The translations under genes were made by a program, and so were the position numbers. A stretch of DNA of 20,242 nucleotides. Source: Eubacteriales bacterium (GTDB lineage Bacteria > Bacillota > Clostridia > Christensenellales > DUVY01). The stretch spans positions 1 to 20,242 of the forward strand of contig JAVBLK010000017.1 of NCBI GenBank assembly GCA_031553565.1, in the 5' to 3' direction. The notes under the pieces were generated by a model. The model searched no databases. It saw nothing but the letters and a program-made list of their open reading frames with translations, and was not told the DNA's origin. Below, one piece after another: positions 15,449 to 20,242 of this stretch. The stretch's first letter is position 1. Every line of letters begins with the position of its first letter.

Positions 15449-16870
15449 ATGGAATTAGGTGCAATCATCGGTATTATCCTTGCGGTCATTTTTGTTGTTG
15501 TCGCAGTTGTGCTTATTTGGGCGTCGCGCTATAAAAGGTGCCCGGCGGATAAGATCCTTGTTATCTACGGTAAGGTAGGCAAGAACAGCGCGGGCGGGAA
15601 CATCTCGGCAAAGTGTATTCACGGCGGCGCGGCCTTCATTATGCCCGTAACGCAGAGCTTTCAGTTCTTGGATCTTACGCCTATGTCGATCAGCGTCGAC
15701 CTTAAGAACGCGCTGTCGCGCCAGAACATACGTATCGACGTGCCCAGCCGCTTTACGGTCGCCATCTCGACCGAGCAGGGCGTTATGCAGAACGCTGCGG
15801 AAAGGCTGCTGCGCTTGAAGCTGCCCGAAATACAGGAGCTGGCTAAGGATATCATATTCGGACAATTACGTCTTGTCATCGCGCAGATGGAGATCGAGGA
15901 GATCAATACCGACCGCGATAAGTTTTTACAGGCGGTTTCGCAGAACGTGGAGACCGAGCTTAAGAAGATCGGTTTAAGGCTTATCAACGTCAACATAACC
16001 GACATCAACGACGAGAGCGGATATATCCAGGCGTTAGGCCGCGAGGCCGCCGCAAAGGCGATCAACGACGCGAAGAAGAGCGTTGCCGAAAAAGACCGCG
16101 ACGGCGCGATCGGACAGGCGAACGCGCAGAGGGACCAGCGTATCCAGGTATCCAACGCCAACGCTTTGGCGGTCGAGGGCGAAAACAAGGCCAAGGCCGA
16201 GATCGCCCAGTCCGACGCGACAAGGCGCGAGAAGGAGGCAGAAGCCTTAAAGCGCGCTATGGCGGCCGAAAAGGTGCAGGCGGCAAAAGCCTTGCAGGAA
16301 GCCTATGTGGCGCAGCAGCTGGCTGAAACCACCCGTGCAACACTTGAAAAGGCGACTTTGGCGGCGGACGTTATTGTAAAAGCCGATATCGAAAAGCAGA
16401 AGATCGAGATCGCAGCCGAGGCCGAGGCAGAGAACCTGCGCCGCAGGGCAAAGGGCGAGGCGGACGCTATCTTTGCAAAGATGCAGGCGCAGGCGAAAGG
16501 TATCAACGAGATGCTGACCAAGCAGGCGGACGGCTTAAAGGAAATCGTAAAGGCCGCGAACGGCAATCCCGATGCGGCAGTACGCCTTATGATAACCGAC
16601 AAGCTGGAGGATATCGTAAAGGTACAGGTCGAGGCGGTCAAGAACCTGAAGATCGACAAGGTCACCGTTTGGGACAGCATGGGCGGCGCGGGCGGAAGCG
16701 GCGCGCCCGCAACGGCGAACTTTTTGTCGGGAATGTTGAAGTCCGTACCACCCTTAAACGACCTCTACAAGATGGCGGGGCTGGAGCTGCCGGAATTTTT
16801 AGGCAAGCAACAGTCCGATGCGCCCGAAAAGCTTGACGCAGGCGAAAAGAAAGCGCCTGCCAAGAAGTAA
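15449..16870 (+). CDS. floT: Flotillin (FloT/YuaG-like) with an N-terminal membrane hairpin, an SPFH domain and a long Ala/Glu-rich coiled-coil, 473 aa
   Basis: SPFH blocks followed by EA-repeat coiled-coil (AEKDRDGAIGQANAQRDQRIQVS...AEAEAENLRRRAKGEADAIFAKMQAQAKG). The RBS is AAAAGGAGAA. Confidence 0.8.
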   Translation: MELGAIIGIILAVIFVVVAVVLIWASRYKRCPADKILVIYGKVGKNSAGGNISAKCIHGGAAFIMPVTQSFQFLDLTPMSISVDLKNALSRQNIRIDVPSRFTVAISTEQGVMQNAAERLLRLKLPEIQELAKDIIFGQLRLVIAQMEIEEINTDRDKFLQAVSQNVETELKKIGLRLINVNITDINDESGYIQALGREAAAKAINDAKKSVAEKDRDGAIGQANAQRDQRIQVSNANALAVEGENKAKAEIAQSDATRREKEAEALKRAMAAEKVQAAKALQEAYVAQQLAETTRATLEKATLAADVIVKADIEKQKIEIAAEAEAENLRRRAKGEADAIFAKMQAQAKGINEMLTKQADGLKEIVKAANGNPDAAVRLMITDKLEDIVKVQVEAVKNLKIDKVTVWDSMGGAGGSGAPATANFLSGMLKSVPPLNDLYKMAGLELPEFLGKQQSDAPEKLDAGEKKAPAKK

Positions 16871-16909
16871 GCAACAGGCAGAATTTGCCAGAAAACTGTT
16901 TATACTATA

Positions 16910-16943
16910 AATACCCTCCGGCGGTTGCCGGAGGGTATTTTCA
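16910..16943 (+). terminator. Rho-independent terminator (AATACCCTCCGGC-GGTT-GCCGGAGGGTATT + TTTCAT)
   Basis: A perfect 13-bp stem with a tetraloop. It marks the end of the GC-rich block. Confidence 0.8.
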
Positions 16944-17024
16944 TAAGCAAGGAATAGTTAAAACGTGTCGTGAGCACAGCCTCCGCCGCGATAAACTTGA
17001 AAATACTAGCGGAATAGAAAAGTT

Positions 17025-17753
17025 TTGACGGTAGCCATAGCGGCTGTTTTGCTTTGTTCTGTTTTAATTGGGTTTTCGGGGTGTAAAGAAAGATATAAGG
17101 AATTTGAGACGGAATATTTTAAATGCCGCGAGTATAAGGACAGAATCAATATTCCTGAATTGACATATTTGGGTAAGGAGCAAGAAATTCTTATTGTACC
17201 CGAAAAAATACGAGGAAAACCGGTTGCGCTGCTGGGGGAAACGGCAGTTTATTTGGATGGGGCGGGAAGTTATTCGCGCTGGAAAAGTGATAAACTTAAA
17301 AAGCTGTTTTTAAAGCGTAAGGCAAGAGCGCCATTAAGTAAGAACTGTTTTCCGAGCCTTGAAGGAATTTATGTTATAGGATTATCAAATGAGAATGGGT
17401 TAAGTAGCGAGATGTTTGATACGCAAGATGTAAAAATATATGTTCCTAATATATTTGAAAATACATATAATCACAGACTTTTTACTGCAAATGTCGGATA
17501 CTTATACAATTATGATGAAAGTCCGCAGTATGACTATTATTGGATAGATTACTATGCTTACGGCGCAAAGATAAATTATATTCCTCCTGTTCCGGAGCGG
17601 AATGGATATATTTTTTCCGGTTGGTATAAAGAAGCAGCTTGTGTCCTTGAATGGAATTTCGATTTTGGCACACTTCCTGCACCTATATTGGATGAAGATG
17701 GAGTAACAATATATCAAGAACTTAAACTATACGCCAAGTGGATCAAGAATTAG
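17025..17753 (+). CDS. Predicted lipoprotein with a C-terminal Listeria/Bacteroides-type repeat (GYxFxGWY...LYAKW) domain, 242 aa, TTG start (start uncertain)
   Basis: Signal peptide with lipobox FSGC. GYIFSGWYKEAACVLEWNFDFGTLP...IYQELKLYAKW matches the List_Bact repeat signature. The gene is AT-rich, unlike upstream genes. Confidence 0.55.
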   Translation: MTVAIAAVLLCSVLIGFSGCKERYKEFETEYFKCREYKDRINIPELTYLGKEQEILIVPEKIRGKPVALLGETAVYLDGAGSYSRWKSDKLKKLFLKRKARAPLSKNCFPSLEGIYVIGLSNENGLSSEMFDTQDVKIYVPNIFENTYNHRLFTANVGYLYNYDESPQYDYYWIDYYAYGAKINYIPPVPERNGYIFSGWYKEAACVLEWNFDFGTLPAPILDEDGVTIYQELKLYAKWIKN

Positions 17754-17781
17754 TACGATAAAAATTATAAGGGAGAAACAA

Positions 17782-18006
17782 ATGAGAAAATCTATTAAGC
17801 TGATTATAGCTATGGTTTTTGCAGTTTTTATCGCCTTTACAGCGTTCACTTTTATTAAGCCAGCTGAAGTGGCCGCGAATTCCGGCGTTTCGGGCGCGCC
17901 GACTGGACAAGCATTACTGAGTGCGACAAATACATATAATATCGATTATTTCAGCACACAGCCGTTGAATCGTGGTCAGGGGGACGTTTACCTTGACAGA
18001 GAATAG
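17782..18006 (+). CDS. Small secreted protein (74 aa) whose last 10 codons (GQGDVYLDRE) and stop codon are supplied by the left arm and loop of the hairpin repeat. Probably a truncated gene
   Basis: Signal peptide MRKSIKLIIAMVFAVFIAFTAFTF. The C-terminus is identical to that of ORF 19011-20066 and is encoded by repeat sequence starting at 17974. Confidence 0.5.
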   Translation: MRKSIKLIIAMVFAVFIAFTAFTFIKPAEVAANSGVSGAPTGQALLSATNTYNIDYFSTQPLNRGQGDVYLDRE

Positions 18007-18052
18007 AGAGATTGAGGCTTATAGTCCTGTCAAGGTAAACGTCCCCCTGACC
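17974..18052. repeat. Hairpin repeat, copy 1. Perfect 26-bp inverted arms (GGTCAGGGGGACGTTTACCTTGACAG / CTGTCAAGGTAAACGTCCCCCTGACC) are separated by a 27-nt spacer. It is the first part of a duplicated module of at least 227 bp (17974-18200 nearly identical to 20034-20242)
   Basis: The arms are exact reverse complements at 17974-17999 and 18027-18052. The second copy at 20034-20112 differs by one spacer base. Confidence 0.9.
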
Positions 18053-18083
18053 ACTTTGATACGTTGCCTGAAAACGTGCGTGA

Positions 18084-18338
18084 ATGATGGAGCAGAAGAC
18101 ATACAATTGGCTTGAGCATGAGGATAAGGTTTATGAGGCCTTTGGCAATGTGCTGACAGAACTAGTAAATAAATATAAAATTGATGATAAAAAAGCTTTG
18201 AAGGACGACGAGTTGCTAAAACGGATAGGGATTGAACTGCGAAACCGTACGGGCGCGAGTAAGAGACTGATAGCGCAAAAGCTGGAAATCGATCGGGAAC
18301 GGGTAAGAAAACTGCTGTCAATTGCCCCGTCCCCGTGA
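18084..18338 (+). CDS. Small helix-turn-helix protein, 84 aa. The C-terminal HTH resembles sigma-70 region 4 and the HTH of IS630/transposase helper proteins. The first ~32 codons are duplicated at 20145
   Basis: LLKRIGIELRNRTGASKRLIAQKLEIDRERVRKLL shows the HTH pattern. The gene start lies inside the duplicated module, 32 nt after the hairpin. Confidence 0.55.
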   Translation: MMEQKTYNWLEHEDKVYEAFGNVLTELVNKYKIDDKKALKDDELLKRIGIELRNRTGASKRLIAQKLEIDRERVRKLLSIAPSP

Positions 18339-18359
18339 CACTGTGGATTTCCGTTTGCG

Positions 18360-18383
18360 TTTACAGAATAAATATGTTATAAT
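18360..18383 (+). promoter_or_regulatory. Extended -10 promoter (TGTTATAAT) upstream of the lipoprotein gene
   Basis: The TGnTATAAT consensus at 18375-18383 is perfect. The -35-like TTTACA is too close (12 nt), so the call rests on the extended -10. Confidence 0.45.
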
Positions 18384-18502
18384 GCATTTGTAAGATGGTG
18401 TTTTTTTACTCTTTTGCAGGCTCGCGAATATAATATACTGGAATGCTTTAAGGTTTGCACCTACAATGAGGTTGTAAGCCGACGTAAAAAGGGAGGTTCA
18501 AA

Positions 18503-18955
18503 ATGACAAAGAAATTAGCAAAAATTCTGATAATGGGGGTGCTGATAATAATGGCAATTGGGCTATTTACAGCTTGTGGCGACAAGGATTGGAGCAAAGA
18601 TTTCGATTTGTCCGACGAAAAAATCGTTTGGGATGAATCGACTTATGTTGACGACGAACATACGACGCCTGACAAATTGATTGTTAAATTCAAAAGCACA
18701 GACACATACCCTTATTTAAAGTTGCGAGATTTCAAGATGTCAAATGCAAAGGGGTTTGTTTATACAAATTTGAATCCCAATGAGGGTGAGTTGTATTATG
18801 ATGGCTGGCGTCAAAGCGGAGAAATTGCTTTGAAAAAAACAGATAAGCAAAGCATAATTGCAGCGATAAGACACATAGAAACATTGCCATTCATTAAATC
18901 GGTTCAGCAGATGCAGAACATTCCAGTTGACAATTCCGTAATGACAATTCCGTAA
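18503..18955 (+). CDS. Predicted lipoprotein, 150 aa, no recognisable domain
   Basis: Signal peptide with lipobox LFTAC. GGAGG Shine-Dalgarno 7 nt upstream. AT-rich codon usage. Confidence 0.55.
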   Translation: MTKKLAKILIMGVLIIMAIGLFTACGDKDWSKDFDLSDEKIVWDESTYVDDEHTTPDKLIVKFKSTDTYPYLKLRDFKMSNAKGFVYTNLNPNEGELYYDGWRQSGEIALKKTDKQSIIAAIRHIETLPFIKSVQQMQNIPVDNSVMTIP

Positions 18956-19010
18956 TGGTAGATTTAGCAAATATAAAACACAAAAAAATAAAAATCTGGA
19001 GAAAAATTAA

Positions 19011-20066
19011 ATGAGAACCGAAACACTTTTCAAGAGACAATGGAAAATTTCGGTTATAGCACTGGTGTTAATAGTACTTGTCGCAAGTATATTGTGTGCA
19101 ACAATTCCAACAACAGCATACGCAAAAGAAGTAGATTTTGCGGAAAATACAATTCAGCGACGAATTCCAACACTTAATGACGATTTTGACGATAGCAAAG
19201 TTATTGTTGTTCTTAACCAAAAGAATAGTAAATACAATGGTGTAGTTAGAATTGAGGATTTTAAGATAGACGTAGAAAAGGCAAGTCTGGTTAATACTCA
19301 ACGGACTGAACGTTTAGATAGAAGCGATGATTCCGCTACGGATGCAGTTAAAACTGGACAAGCAGTAGTCACCGACCTTTTTCGGGTAGATAATGCGAAA
19401 AGTAGTAGTTTGGTGAGCGAAAGCGAGTTTTTTCAAATACTATCTATTGATTTGCCTATAAGAGGAAAAGAAAAGGTTCTTGAGGCGATAGCAGAGCTTA
19501 AAAAATCTGAGATAGTTTATTCTGCTGAGCCAGATTATCGTTACGAAACGATTGATTTGTGGGCACCTAACGATACGAACTATACCACTAGTCAGTGGGG
19601 GTTAACGGGAACAAATGGGATACAAGCAGCAAATGCTTGGGATATGACGCGAGGTCTTGCTGATATTAGAGTGGGCTTATTTGAAACAGGTGCGCAGCAA
19701 AATCACCCCGACCTAGACGGCAGGTTTTTGGCACCAAATTTTACATTAGGTAATGCAGACCATGGAACTCACGTTGCAGGAATTGTGGGTGCCATTTCAA
19801 ATAATAATCAAGGAGTAGCAGGCGTTTCACAATCTAATATGATGTTGCTAAATCGCAATTCAAACGATTTTGTTGACAGCATGGCAAGGGCTGCAAATAA
19901 TAATATTTGGGTTATCAACGCTAGTTACGAGTACATAAGCGGTGGCGTAATAGAAAATCACGCAGTTGCAATACATAATTACCAAGGTTTGCTCGTGTGC
20001 GCCGCAGGCAACAGCACTGCAGATATTGATAATGGTCAGGGGGACGTTTACCTTGACAGAGAATAG
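19011..20066 (+). pseudogene. Subtilisin-like (S8) serine protease with a signal peptide and an I9 propeptide. It is truncated after the oxyanion-hole Asn region by the hairpin repeat, so the catalytic Ser block is missing, and it has Glu at the catalytic Asp position
   Basis: The His block HGTHVAGIVGA and the Asn block LVCAAGNS are present. The Asp-block position reads GLFETGAQQNHPDL. The ORF ends with GQGDVYLDRE-stop, which is encoded by the repeat from 20034. No GTSMA block appears before the window ends. Confidence 0.6.
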
Positions 20067-20112
20067 AGAGATTGAGGCTTCTAGTCCTGTCAAGGTAAAC
20101 GTCCCCCTGACC
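20034..20112. repeat. Hairpin repeat, copy 2 (same 26-bp perfect arms, 27-nt spacer with one substitution)
   Basis: The arm and spacer sequence is identical to 17974-18052 except for A to C in the spacer. Downstream similarity continues to the window end, with a single inserted A. Confidence 0.9.
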
Positions 20113-20144
20113 ACTTTGATACGTTGCCTGAAAACGTGCGTGAA

Positions 20145-20242
20145 ATGATGGAGCAGAAGACATACAATTGGCTTGAGCATGAGGATAAGGTTTATGAGGC
20201 CTTTGGCAATGTGCTGACAGAACTAGTAAATAAATATAAAAT
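20145..20242 (+). CDS. Second copy of the small HTH protein gene (5' part only, cut off by the window end)
   Basis: It translates to MMEQKTYNWLEHEDKVYEAFGNVLTELVNKYKI, which is identical to the N-terminus of ORF 18084-18338. Confidence 0.5.
   Translation, partial: MMEQKTYNWLEHEDKVYEAFGNVLTELVNKYK

Noticed and set aside
17974-18052. Reading the 26-bp-arm hairpin as a simple intrinsic terminator, or as an integron attC
   Set aside because: There is no U tract after the stem, so a terminator is unlikely. No integron integrase or R'/R'' core sites were seen, so attC is not supported. I kept it as an open alternative under the main finding rather than asserting it.
18019-18321. 100-aa minus-strand ORF antisense to the HTH gene (and its partial twin at 19860-20180)
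   Set aside because: It falls entirely within the better-supported + strand gene and the repeat, has no RBS, and has an implausible composition.
1-20242. CRISPR arrays, rRNA genes, integrases
   Set aside because: The window contains no short direct repeats with regular spacing, no rRNA-like conserved blocks and no tyrosine or serine recombinase ORFs.

Overview
This 20.2-kb window looks like chromosome from a sporulating Firmicute, probably Clostridia-like, with GC-rich coding and AT-rich spacers. It contains a canonical spoIIAA-spoIIAB-sigF operon. Housekeeping content, in order, is: a six-gene tRNA operon on the minus strand (Pro-Met-Phe-Asp-Thr-Tyr, with its own promoter and terminator); the spoIIA operon; an IS5-family insertion sequence; a DUF1385::PrmC fusion gene immediately followed by prfA; purF; an intact Phd/YefM antitoxin with a truncated ParE toxin; metA on the minus strand; a DUF1700-DUF4097 membrane pair; and an NfeD - short SPFH - flotillin operon. 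Three noncoding structures stand out. (1) A ~158-bp repeat with ~20-bp imperfect terminal inverted repeats, which looks like a MITE. It is present in three copies (165-322 on +, 3758-3916 on -, 8620-8778 on +) plus a solo terminus fragment. The inverted pair brackets the tRNA-spoIIA-sigF segment, and copy B abuts the IS5 element. (2) A candidate small RNA between prfA and purF. (3) The most unusual feature is in the AT-rich 3' end of the window (about 16.95-20.24 kb), which looks like an accessory island: a ~270-bp module is duplicated. The module begins with a perfect 26-bp-arm hairpin whose left arm encodes the identical last ten codons (GQGDVYLDRE-stop) of two unrelated secreted-protein genes, one of them a subtilase cut off before its catalytic Ser. 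The hairpin is followed by an 84-aa HTH gene. I read this as an undescribed hairpin-ended insertion or recombination module. All coordinates and motifs were read directly from the sequence. Family assignments come from recognisable protein motifs and have not been confirmed by database search.
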